This document shows, piece after piece, positions 42,401 through 53,401 of a stretch of 53,401 nt of DNA (the first letter of the stretch is position 1; each line of letters opens with the position of its first letter). Below the pieces are notes generated by a model. That model worked only from the letters and a program-made list of their open reading frames with translations, was not told the origin of the DNA and ran no database searches. The stretch covers positions 251,887 to 305,287 of the forward strand of contig BLSG01000090.1 of NCBI GenBank assembly GCA_012862495.1, read 5' to 3'. A program made the position numbers and the translations under genes. The DNA is from Thraustochytrium aureum. Taxonomy: Eukaryota.

Positions 42401-45400
42401 AAAACGGAGCGGGCTAAGAAGCTGGAAAAAACGGCCAAGCTTGTCCTTGAGCTCCGCTCTGCAGTCATCAGCGAGGGCTGGAGTGCGCTGGCTGCGCTGC
42501 TGCAAAAGCGGCTCGATGTCAGTATCGATGGCGGATCTCCGCCAGACCAGTTCCTGGCTCTCTCTGACGAGGCCGCAGGCGAGTTTCAGCGCCTAGTGGA
42601 CGAGTGCCGGGAGCGACGCACCGCGCAACGCCTGCGCGCCGCCCTGGAAGACGGCGGGTTGCGCGGCGGGCCGGGTCGCTTGGACGCTTCCGATTTGCGA
42701 ACCGAGCCGCTGCGAGAAGCGATCGAGATGAGCGAGCGAGCTAGCCCCAATCTCACCACTGCGACCAAAGACCTTGCGCGACTCTCGCGTGCCGTGCTCG
42801 CCGTTCGCAGTGCCCTCCGTCATGGCGGACTCGACGAGGACGAGATCAGCTCGGTTGCCGCCTCGCTAGCTGCTCTTCCGTCGTTCGAGCGCGTTGGCGA
42901 AGCCGAGGTGCCTCTTTTTACGCGGACGGAGCTCGAGCTGGCTCGTGACCACGTGAACGACTTTCGCATCCTTGAGCTCCTCCGCAGTGCCATCAAGACC
43001 GGAGGAGGCGGCTCACCTGTGCGGCTCTCTAGCATCGATGGCTCTGGTCTCGTGGCGGCAATCAAAGCCGTACAGGGAAGTCTAGGAGGGCCGAAGTCGG
43101 CTCGCGCAAAGGAAGCCGCGCAGGCAGCCGAGCTATTGGTTAGGCTCCGCGCCGCGCTGCAGCAGCGTGACTTTGCCAACCTGCGCCTCGTCCTCACCGA
43201 TGCGTTGGAAAGCGTTGGCGTCTCGGCGATCCCTGACGCGGAAGAGCAGGTCTACGCCGCGCGCAGTTTGCTCATGAACCACGACACTGTCGCTGCCTTG
43301 GGCGAGGCCCTCGTCGAGGGGTCCATCCTTGAGCACCACGCCGCGCCGGGAGAAGTGAGCGGCGTGGATGTCGAAGAGGCGGTAAGAGCTGCCCGCAAGC
43401 AAGTCGCAGGCGACTTTGACGCATCCGTGTCGCACCTGCTGGAACAGTGCGAGTACCTTTGCGAGCTGCGCCAAAGCTTTGTTGCCACCGAAAAGGACAA
43501 CTGGGCAGCAGTGGAGGCTACGCTGTCAAAGCTCGCTAGTGACGGCGGACCTGAAGCTGCGCTCAGCCGGCTGAGCGAGGATGCTGCAGCAGCCGGCGAG
43601 GAAGACCCGCAAGACGCGGCCGTCCGCGCCCTCTTGAAAGACGTCAGCGGCGAAGTTCGCCTTGCTCGCGAGTTGCTCGAGGACCGGCAAGCTCAACACG
43701 CGCTCGCCGCAGCGATGGCCGAGGGCCACCTGTCCGGCTCGGTTGGGAACGTCTCAACGGCGAGCCTCAAAGTGTCAGGACTCGAAATCGCCGTGGAATC
43801 TGCAGTGGTTGTGTCGCGCCCCTCGCCGTCCACGACACGCGCCCTTCATCAAGCGCGGCACCTACTTGCCGTTCGGCGAGCTGTCCTTGCGGATGACTGG
43901 GACGCGGTGCTTGACACAACACGAGCTTGGCGCGAGCAGCAGAGCCAAGATGGACGCGGCCTGGCCGCAAATGATGCGGACAGCGAGGCAGGAGACTCTG
44001 AGGTCAGCGACATGGATGGCGAGCCCGAGTCGGCCTCCGGGGGCCCCAGCCGGCTTCTCGGGCACAGCTTCGTCAGCACGAGACGCACCACCGCGCCCCG
44101 CGGGCCAGCGCTAGCATGCGCGCTGGAGCTGCAGCTCGCGTGGGAAGAGGCCAACAGGCGCGTTGTTGTCGACGCCCTGACCGCGGCCCTTGCGAGCGGT
44201 GGCGTGCAAGGCGCACCAGGGGAGATTGGGGACCCACCACGTGTCTGTGGCGATGCTCAACAAGGCTATCGCGACGGCCCTGGACATGGGCACCAAGACC
44301 GCGGACGGGCAGCAGCTCTTACTTGCGGCACATACTGTGCGGCAGATTCGGGAATGGTATTCTCGCGGATCCCGCGCACGGGGGCGGGGGTGGTCATGTC
44401 GACTGCCCCATGGTGCGTGAGGCGCTTCGCGTGTGCGAAGACGAGGGTGTCGAGTCCCTCCCAGAGGTCGCACACCGCGAAATAAATCTTGTTCGAGCTG
44501 AGCTCGAGGACCAGGATGCGGCCAAGGTACTCAGCGCTGCCTTGCGCAAGTCTGACGGCGACGCTCTTGGCGTCGAGGCCGTCGTGCAAGCCGTTGCTCG
44601 CACGCCCGAGTCGCGGTGCCATACTGTCTTCGCGCAAGCCCTCCTGAAGCTGGCCTATCTGATGCGGGATCTGCGGAGCGCTCTGCTGGAGGCAGCTTGG
44701 GACGACGCGGCAAGGTGCATCCGCGTTCTCGACGAGCTTCAAGGCCGTGTACGCGTGGGCGACGCGCCCGTGTCCACTCAAGATCGACGCAATCAGCAGT
44801 GGCGCGCCGCGCTGCTTCTTGTGCAGCACGAGGTCGACGCCGCTCGCGATGAGGTCGACAATGCTAGGACTGTTGTCCAGCTCCGGGAAGCCATGCTCGC
44901 GGGGCGCGCCCCGGGCGCGTTCGGTTTCTTGCGCACTGACCGGCTGCAGGTCGCGCGCTTGGATGCTGCTCTCGCGCGCACCGTGGACGTTGGATGCAAG
45001 TCTGAAGAAGCCTCCACGTTGTACAAGACTGCGCGGCTGTTGCGCCAGTTACGGTGCGCTGTCCTGGATTCTGACTTTGTGACAGCGTCCGTTGTCGTGG
45101 AGGAGGCGAAGGCGTTTGCTTCGCAGCTTGGTGAAACAGTTACTGGCGCGCCGGGACAGGCTGCGCTTCACCGGCTCCCCGTTGCGGGGGCCGAGTTTGA
45201 ACTGCTGAGCCACGAGGTTGCCAACAAGCTCGCGTGCCGCGCGTTGCGGACGTCATTGAAGGCGGGAGCGGTCACGGGGCGCGTCGGGGCTGTGACTGTG
45301 ACGGACTCGAACGTGCAAGGGCTCGAAAAGGCAATGTCAAAGGCGGAAACGTTGAGCAAGGTTACCGTGGAGACGCGCGCCCTCGTTCACTCTTGCCAGG

Positions 45401-47343
45401 TCATCTTGAGGCTCCGACAGATCCTTGTCGAGTCCCCTGCACTTCGTGGTGAGTCGACCGCGCTAACCGTAACGCGGATATGGGACGCCGCGCAGGAAGT
45501 GGTCGCGACGGCAGTCGCAAATGCGCCCACCGGAGGCTTGGAATCTGTTCGCTCGGGCCTCGAGGCGCCTCATACGGTGCCGCCGGCTCTTGTGACTACG
45601 GGGGTGGCGCCGCCAGCACTCGTCCGGGGTTCGGGAGGTAGCGCGCTGCAGAGTCTGGACCCTGAGCGAGCTCGCCCGCACGCTTCGGGCGAGGCACCAG
45701 TCAAAGCATTCAACCTCATGTGGTGCCACCCAGATGCGAGACACGAGCTGTGCCTCTTGCTCGACGAGATTCGGCATCGCGAGGCGCTGCAACTGCTCCA
45801 CGGGGCACTTGGCGGTGGTCACGCCAAGTTTCTTGGTGGTTTCGTGGACGTCTCGACTGTCAAGACAGGGGCGTTGCAAGCTGCCATTGCAAACGCAAAG
45901 ACGGTGCCGGTCCGAACTGACGACCTCTCCTCGCTGCAGCTCTCTGCGACGGTGATCCTGCGGTGCCGCGAGGCATTGATGGACGGCAGTTGGCAAGACC
46001 TGCGCAACCTATTGCACGAGGCTTCTGAACTCGTCATTCATGAGGCTGCTGTTGACGAGTTTAACATGCTCCGGCGCGAGATGCACCTGCACTCTGTTAT
46101 CAAAGCGGTGCTCGTCAGCCTGCAGCAGGCGTCTTCGAGCCGCGACCTGGCCGCACTCGAGTCGGCGCTGCGCGAGGCGGATACGCTGCGGCTCAGCTCG
46201 AGTCCAGACCTCCACGTATTGGCGAGAGTGAACAAGGCGCGGCAGCTTCTTGAGCGGCTCACGTTGGTTGACGATCGCATCGAGCAATCAATCAAGCGCT
46301 CCGACCTGGAGGGGCTCGAGAGCTCGCTGGAAGAAGCTCGCAAGCTCCAGTACAGCCCTCGCGCCGCCCCCGTAGCAGTGGACTTGCGCGACCGGTTGAA
46401 CGAGCTATTCAGTCAATCCGAGCGCGCCATCGAGTTGGTCGATGCCGCGGCGCTCCGCATGCTCTTGGAGAGGGCCAAGCGAGAGGGCGTTGCGTTGCCT
46501 CGCGCTGACGAGATGCGGCGCATCCTCGCGTACCCGCCGGCGCAGCTTGAACGGATGCGACTTAATGCGGCGATCGAGCGCGGGGATGAAGAGGCGGTTT
46601 GCGAGGTGACGATGAGCATAAAGTCGCGCTTTTTCGAGGACGAGGCCACGCGCGAGCGTCACCGAATGGAGCGATTCGCAGCCCTCAAGTCTCCGTCAGA
46701 GTTTGCAGCGAACACGGGTGTAATCGCGGCTTCGCTTGCTGATGGTATGCTTGAGCACAGCTCGACCCCAATTCCCACGTCGCTAACCAGACTGCCTTCA
46801 GCTCCGGCGACGTCGCTGGCTGTAAAGGTGTTTCGCGCAATTCTGGGTTACTGTGGGGACCGTCAGTACTCTTACCCGGCGAGCCTGGCGCAAGAGGTCC
46901 TCCAGGTTGGCTTGGCGGTGGCGGAGGTGCGCGACGAGCTGCTCTTGCAGCTGGTCAAGCAGCTCACGGACAACCCTTCCAACGTCAGTAGGGAGCGAGC
47001 GTGGCTCCTGCTCGAGCTGTGCCTCAAGACGTTCCCGCCGTCCGAGGACTTTGAGAACTACCTCGAGCTTTGGCTTCGGCGGAAGAGCATCGAGCTTCGG
47101 TCTCGGAGCTTCGTCGGGTCTGGCAGCCCAGACGCGGCAGCCGACGGCGCCATCCGCAACTGGGCTGGTCGATGCCTGCGGGAGATGCACCGCATCGTTT
47201 TCCGCGGGCCGGGCCTTGCCATTCCCTCGCTGGACGCCGTGCACGAGCTCCTCCAGGTGACGCCAACTGACAACGACCGCCTTGCAACACCGCGAAGTGC
47301 GGCTGGACTCCGCGGAACGCCGCGCAATGGGTTTGTGCGGTAG
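36487..47343 (+). CDS. Giant unconventional myosin (about 3600 aa): WW, motor, IQ-like, about 17 helical repeats, MyTH4 (class IV-like); apparent frameshifts near 36682, 36704, 36725, 40640, 44230 and 44350
   Basis: WW rebuilt as WSEHLTAEGATFYYNSVTKxATWDVP; motor motifs SGESGAGKTE, LEAFGNAKTVRNGNSSRFGK, LDIFGFE, EQLCINFTNEKLQQ, PHYIRCIKPN; MyTH4 PIPTSLT..FRAILGYCGDR..VRDELLLQLVKQLTDNP..RAWLLLELCLKTFPPS. Confidence 0.88.
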
Positions 47344-47773
47344 GCGTAGGTAGTGCTAGTTCAAAACAACGAGAGGCAAAGCAATCGCCCGAATCGCAGG
47401 GCGCCGGCTGCGTTCGACAGTGCAGCTGCGTTCGACACGTCGCACCATCAGCCCTGCAAACTTGAGCGTCTTCCGTGGAATGCGCAGTAGGAGTAGCAAG
47501 CCGCTCATTGTCGCAGGCATGCACGGGCTCCGCGAGTATGGGGTCTGGTCCCTCGATCAGGTTGTGGCACAATCCAAGCGCTCGGAAAGCAAATTGGTTG
47601 GTCAAGCGGTTCGCAGCAGAGTCCCTGGCGCTGCGGCGTCTGATCGAACGACCAGCTCACGCAACTATGAAGAAAATAAACTCCAGATCTGTGCTTGCTC
47701 TGCGCTGCACTTGTCTACTATTTACGTCTTGATCTGATCAAACCAAGAAACAGATTCCCCGGGTCCGATCGAC

Positions 47774-50240
47774 TCAAACCCGCTTGGCCTGCGGTGCGGG
47801 ACGCTTGGACCTGCGAAGCCGCTCGCGCTGGGCCTTCTGCGCTTTGAAAAATGCCACGCTATCAGGGTCTTGCGCCTGGACTCGCTCGATTTCAAGGCGG
47901 TCAAACTGCTCCCCGTCGTCAAGAATGTCGCCTTCAGCATGCTTGGCCTCGCGGTCTTGAGCAGCAGCCCCAAACCATGCCTGGAACGCGTCAAGCAGAG
48001 CTGACTGAGCTTCGTCGCGGCGGTCCAGGAGCTCGTCCTTGCTGATCTTTAGGCGGTCGTAGTCCTCGCGCAGCTGCCGGAATCGCTTTTTCAAGTCTTT
48101 GATGCTCCGCAGCAGCAAAAACTCCTCTTCATCGATAATCTCCTCGCCGTCAGCGCTTGTCTTGGCCTCACCGCGCTTTGCTTCGGCGCGAATCTCTGCC
48201 ACTTGGCGCTCTTTGGCGTCCATCTCGGCCTGGACATCCTTGAGCTCGCGGCGGGCGCTCTGCAGTGCCGGCGTCAAGGCCTTGGCGGCCTGCGAAGCCT
48301 CTGCAAGCGCGTTTCGCAGAGGTAGCCCCGCGGCCATGCGCAGTGAATACCACAAAGGCTCGCTCTCGATCCTCGGGAACGTCGTTAGGGGCTTGCTCGT
48401 CAGCCGGCTCGCTGGGGCCGTCGTTCGTGGCACCGCCGTCGCGGTCTTGGGCCTCGGCAGGGCCGTCAACGGGCGACCGGGGCCCCTCGTCAGCTGCAAA
48501 GTCTTCGGCGTCTGAAGCCTTGGTCTCGTCCCCGTGGCCCCGGGGGCCACCTGGGGACGCGGCGCCCGTTGGGGCCTCGATCCGCGCTGGTCGCGAGTTC
48601 GCCGGGGCCCGCCGAGACCAAAGCCAGACTCGTCAGGGTCGCCAACAAGGTCGCCGGAATGCGCAGGGGCTGTGCCGGACCCAGAAGCNNNNNNNNNNNN
48701 NNNNNNNNNNNNNNNNNNNNNNNNNNNNNNNNNNNNNNNNNNNNNNNNNNNNNNNNNNNNNNNNNNNNNNNNNNNNNNNNNNNNNNNNNNNNNNNNNNNN
48801 NNNNNNNNNNNNNNNNNNNNNNNNNNNNNNNNNNNNNNNNNNNNGAGTGCTGTTACCGAGTCTGCTCTGGAATTCTGCACGCAGCCGAGCCTCCACACTG
48901 GCCTCGGCGCTTTGGACGAGGAGCTTGAGCTGCTTGAAGCACTCTTGGACCTGGCGCACGCTTTCAACGGCAAGCGTGGCGCCCTCGGCCTCGTCGGCGC
49001 CTGCCTCCACGAACCTTTTGCAAGCCAGCGCGATGGTGCGGCACTCCTCAGGCGAAAGGTCGTCGTAGGAGATCCCGCTTCGATTCGCGAGCGAGTCGTG
49101 CATCATGAGCTCCTGCTTCAGCTCGCGGATTTGGCGTTCATACCTTTTCAAGACAAGGTTCGGGTCGGCCTGGACGTTGCTCGTGGCGTTATTCTCGACC
49201 CTCATCATTCTTTGCGCGAGCTTGAGTGTTGAGATGGTCTCCTCGAGGTGCTTGGCCTCGCCCGAAATGCACGCGATCAGGACAGTCCTGCAGTTACCAC
49301 CGAGCGAGTCTTTGAGCACGTTGGTGAGCTTGGTTTGCCTGTAGGGCACGTGCTGCCTAGCGCGGCCCGTGAGGGCGACCACGACCTGCTCGAGGTAGCT
49401 CAGCGATTTGTTGATGTAGGTTGACTCCTTCTTCAGGCTTGGGTCCAGCTTATCGCCGATGGCCTTTTTGAGCCGCTCGCTGCCAGCCAAGTCGACCAGA
49501 TTGAGCTTGCTTCGCAAGACCTGGTCAGAGCGAAGCCGCGACTGCTGCTGCACGTGCAGCGTAAAGATTGAGTGCGACCGGTTCGACTGCTTGTTCAGCT
49601 GGTGTTCAGCGACGACTCTGTTCTGGTTGCCGCGAAAGAGGACGTTGAGGGCTTCCTCTTCGTCTTCAACGCGCTCTAGTGTGAGGCCGCGCACCTGCAT
49701 GCTGTGTGTGCGCGGGTCTTCTGTGATCTGAAACTCGCCCTTGCCCTCGCCGCCTTTTCCGTCGTCGAGGAGGTCAAAGATGCGCTCGTTGTAGATCTCC
49801 ATGTAACTCGCATATATGGAGAACTCTTGCTGCGGGCGCTCTTCAACTTCCGCAAACAGCTGTGTGATGGCGCGCGGGGTGATGCCGCGCTGCTTGAAGT
49901 TCTCCGAGTCTCCGGTCATCGTAAAGGTTTTCCCGGCGCCCGTCTGCCCGTAGGCCATGACAGTTCCATTCACGCCTTCGACGACCCCGGACACTACCTC
50001 ACTGGCAGCGTCGCGATAGGTTTCTTCTTGCCCGGCATTGTGCAACACCCGATCATATGCAAAGCTCCACGAGGACCGCTGGTTGTCGAGCTGCCCGTCT
50101 CCGTGCCGTCCATCGCCATGGTCTCCCTCGCGTCGATTCACCTGCACGCTGCCCTTGCTGCCATCAATCACGATTTGGTCTTGCGAAAAACACGCAGTCG
50201 GCCGTGTGCGCACCAGCACCTTGACGGTTTTCTTCGTCAT
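47774..50240 (-). CDS. KIF9: Kinesin-9 (KIF9/KLP1-like flagellar kinesin); gap 48689-48844; compensating frameshifts near 48612 and 48328
   Basis: VKVLVRTRPT, AYGQTGAGKTFTM, SNRSHSIF, LVDLAGSER, HVPYRQTKLT; KIF9-type LKQELMMHDSL, GFGLGxAP, EEIIDEEEF, FDRLEIERV..DPDSVAFFKAQK. Confidence 0.9.
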
Positions 50241-50457
50241 CCTACGGTCCACTGAGTGCCGCGTTCTTGTTCGATCGCCTGCCCGTCTGCGCCTTCAGCA
50301 CTGCGCCAATCCTGCCTGAACGGTGACCCTACCCACGCGGCGATCTGCCAGGCACTCGAGCTCGCTGCCCGGCTCGTCGCGTCGAGCTGGCAACGCGCTT
50401 GTCACCTCGCGTGCGTGAATGCGGCGTGCCCACGAGCGCGAAAGCGCGAATGTGCGA

Positions 50458-50514
50458 ATGCCTGGCTGCGCGCGTGCCTGGCTGCGTGCGTGCCTGGCTG
50501 CGTGCGTGCCTGGC

Positions 50515-50545
<31 letters not shown>

Positions 50546-50572
50546 CTGGGTGAGTGCCTGGCTGGCTGGCTG
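50458..50572. repeat. Compound GCGT / GCCTGGCT microsatellite upstream of KIF9
   Basis: Repeated GCCTGGCTGCG(C/T)GCGT units followed by a (GCGT)n run. Confidence 0.85.
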
Positions 50573-51002
50573 CATGCTCGTATGCGAGGCTGGGTGGCGA
50601 GGTGTCCGTTCCAAGCCGCCCTGTGTCTGCTCTACCCGCCAAGTCCACTCGCGATTTCGACACATCCAAGCGCTCGCTCTGCGGTGCTCTGGCGCTCAAG
50701 ATTGTCCAGGACTGTCCTGAAAGTGTGCAGCGTCTGGGAGGTATGGCCCCGCAGAAGGCGGGTGGAACGGATAGCTGCCCCGCAAAAGCAAGCGGATTCT
50801 GAATCCTGAATCTTCTTCTATCGGGCTCGAGCTCCTACCGACCTCCATGCCACCAGGCTCAGGCTGATGCCGTCCGGAGCCCTGACGCTGGAGGACGGTG
50901 CAATTCAACGTGGAGACCGACGCTGGATTTAGTGCGCGAGCGAGCACGGCTCAGCGCGCGTCTAGACGAACGACTTGCGTGCACCGCGCCAATGCTTTAG
51001 AA

Positions 51003-51373
51003 TCAGCTCAGATTGATTGACGCTGTGTGGGCTCCCACAGGAGAGCACTCTTCAACACGCGCTAGCAGCTCACTGAGGCCTGAAGCCGGGGCTTTTCCAT
51101 TCTGCAGATAAGCCAGCATGATCCTGACGACCGTTATGCGTTCGCCTGGTGTGAGACAAGAACGCGCCTGGCGAAGGCTCCGTCGTTTGCCGACAATGGC
51201 GCATTCAAGTTGATCGAGTTGGGGTGTGCTGCGTCGAGCTTGGAATCCGTGTTCTTCGTCGATTCCGGCCGGCGCAACGAGCACGCGAAACTCAACCTCC
51301 GTGTTCATAGATGTCGAAGTCTGGCGCACTGCCGCCGAATTCGCCCTCCGACTCGTCCTGATTCCCTCCATTT
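51003..51373 (-). CDS. Possible hypothetical protein
   Basis: ORF MEGIRTS..MNTEVEFRVLVAPAGIDEEHGF..; fairly protein-like composition but no recognisable motif. Confidence 0.2.
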
Positions 51374-52625
51374 GCTTTCTTTGTCGCTTCGCGTTCCGCT
51401 GTGCCTTTCCAAAACAAAGAGCATGAGCCTTTAATGTAATTCGGCACATGCGCCGGCAGGGTTGCGTTGTTGGGCGCCGTGAAGAGCAGCACCATTCGAG
51501 GGGTTGCAGCCGCCACTTGTCGTGAGCGGCGCTGCCAAGCTGTGCAGCAGCGGGAAGCACGGGGCCTCGACGGCCTCGCGACAGCCTGCTCGCTACGGTG
51601 GCAGCGCCGACGGAGCAGGAGCGCGTCGTGTCACCGCCCCGCGCAACTGGGAGGTCTCAAGCCCGGGACCGCGAGAAGCGCCAAAGGTGTACGCATGGGG
51701 GCCCCACTCGGCCCAGTTTCTGCACCGTCCTGCTCAGCGTCCGCTGGCGAAACGGGCGCACGTGTACTCGAGTACGTCCCCAGAGTCCAACTCCTTAGGT
51801 TCGAGCACTCAGCCCGCCAGGAAACACGTACTTCAGTACTCGGGTAAGTGAGTCCTCGTACTGCAGGCACTCTGCTCCGCACCCGGACGGACGGACGCTG
51901 CACGCCTGCCTGCCGCACACGGCAGCGGCGTGCCATCGATGCGGGCTGGGCTCGCTCGCCCTCGACGGTCCCTCTCGGGCCGTCCAGATCGAGCACGGCC
52001 AGGAGGAATCTACGATGGCCGTCCGAGTTGTCACCGAAGTGGTCTGTTGGTCGCCTGGATGCTGCTGCAGCAGTGCAGTGCAGGCAGGCAGGCTGGCAGG
52101 CAGGCTGGCAGGCAGCAGACGCGCAGAGGCAGCGAGCGGCAGGTGGCCGTGCGCGGGGCTGCGGGAAGGNNNNNNNNNNNNNNNNNNNNNNNNNNNNNNN
52201 NNNNNNNNNNNNNNNNNNNNNNNNNNNNNNNNNNNNNNNNNNNNNNNNNNNNNNNNNNNNNNNNNNNNNNNNNNNNNNNNNNNNNNNNNNNNNNNNNNNN
52301 NNNNNNNNNNNNNNNNNNNNNNNNNNNNNNNNNNNNNNNNNNNNNNNNNNNNNNNNNNNNNNNNNNNNNNNNNNNNNNNNNNNNNNNNNNNNNNNNNNNN
52401 NNNNNNNNNNNNNNNNNNNNNNNNNNNNNNNNNNNNNNNNNNNNNNNNNNNNNNNNNNNNNNNNNNNNNNNNNNNNNNNNNNNNNNNNNNNNNNNNNNNN
52501 NNNNNNNNNNNNNNNNNNNNNNNNNNNNNNNNNNNNNNNNNNNNNNNNNNNNNNNNNNNNNNNNNNNNNNNNNNNNNNNNNNNNNNNNNNNNNNNNNNNN
52601 NNNNNNNNNNNNNNNNNNNNNNNNC

Positions 52626-53401
52626 AACGCCTGGCAACGCGGCAAGCCCCGCACGGATGGGGCTGCGGTGGCTGCGCCGGCTGCGGCGGCTGCGCCGGCT
52701 GCGGCGGCTGCGGGGCGGGGAAGGCTGAGTCGGCGAAGACGGGGACGGCGGCGCTGAGGATTGGATTTGCGCTGTGCTGCCTTGTCGGCAAGACGGTCAG
52801 GGTGACGAGGACGGATGGGTCTGTGGTCGAAGGGGTGATGAGCGGGGCCAGCGTGGGGGGCAGCGACAGGAGAGGCGCGTTCAAGGGGTGCGCGCTGCGC
52901 TGCGCCCGCGTCGTTGACCCCAGCGATGGAAAGGTTCACGACGAGCTGATCGTGCCGTGGGCCGACACAGAGTCTGTGGTCGCGTCGAGCGCCGGCGACA
53001 TGGTCAACGAGATCGAGCTAGCGATGAACGGCGGCCGCGTCCCGAACCGGGCCGCGTTCAAGACCGACACCGATATCAGCGGGCCTAGCGGCCCGCAGGC
53101 TGGGAGGAAACTGGAAGCCGTCAACGCGTCGTGGGTGAACCCCGGGTCTGCGATGCAGCTGGACGCGCGCGGCGGCAAGTGGGACCAGTTCGAGACGAAC
53201 CGCGAGCTATTCGGGGTGGAGAGCTCTTTCGACGAGACGCAGTACACCACTGCGTTGAACAAGAACGCGCTGAGCGATGCCGAGCGGCGCCGTGCCGAGA
53301 AGCTCGCTCGCTCCATCGAAGGCAAGACGAGTTCGAACGTCCATGTTCGTGAGGAGCGCGGCCAGGCTCAGCAGGGCGGCGACGGCGACGCTGACGACGA
53401 C
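52626..53401 (+). CDS. ATXN2: Ataxin-2/PBP1 family RNA-binding protein (Lsm and LsmAD domains), partial at both ends; apparent frameshift near 52718
   Basis: Frame from 52721: FALCCLVGKTVRVTRTDGSVVEGVM (Lsm), FKTDTDIS, KWDQFETNRELFGVESSFDETQYTT, AEKLARSIE..NVHVREERG (LsmAD); absent from the ORF track because it runs off the window end. Confidence 0.9.

Noticed and set aside
17128..47343. CYFIP, SPO11 and myosin as pseudogenes
   Set aside because: Catalytic and conserved motifs are intact with no nonsense substitutions; only scattered single-base indels consistent with sequencing error
1561..52624. Long ORF-track entries spanning N runs (for example 5032..9189, 9343..13263, 12380..14056)
   Set aside because: Ns hide stops and join unrelated frames. 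The frame is kept across only about 3 of 7 intragenic gaps, close to chance, so gap lengths are not trusted.
52662..52712. 9-bp tandem repeat GGCTGCG(C/G)C
   Set aside because: Explained as a low-complexity Ala/Pro coding tract in ataxin-2
272..53325. Numerous antisense and alternate-frame ORFs overlapping real genes
   Set aside because: Expected shadow ORFs in high-GC coding DNA; Arg/Ser/Ala-rich and without motifs

Overview
GC-rich, gene-dense, intron-poor eukaryotic nuclear DNA with many N gaps. It is a flagellated protist; a stramenopile such as a labyrinthulomycete is plausible but is inference. No prokaryotic features, RNA genes, CRISPR arrays or mobile elements are recognisable. Genes in order: SGT-type TPR/STI1 co-chaperone (partial), membrane-anchored UDP-glycosyltransferase, AIFM2/FSP1-like flavoprotein, PH-like/TM/SEC14/FABP-like lipid-transfer protein, DDX11 helicase, stand-alone mitochondrial lipoyl-domain protein, fused MPC1-MPC2 pyruvate carrier, CYFIP, GMAP-210-like golgin, small secreted Cys-rich protein, GDSL esterase, ATG4, SPO11-2, multidomain type-I surface receptor (PA/C-type lectin/folate-receptor-like/Ig-like), giant WW-myosin-MyTH4 (class IV-like) with about 17 tail repeats, KIF9, and ataxin-2 (partial). 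Three GT-AG introns can be reconstructed. About 19 single-base frameshifts, mostly in homopolymers, break conserved genes and are most likely consensus errors. The most interesting items are the single-chain MPC beside the lipoyl-only protein, and the giant repeat-tailed myosin head-to-head with a lectin receptor carrying a cytoplasmic FPPPP motif. All family calls come from motif recognition by eye; no searches were run.
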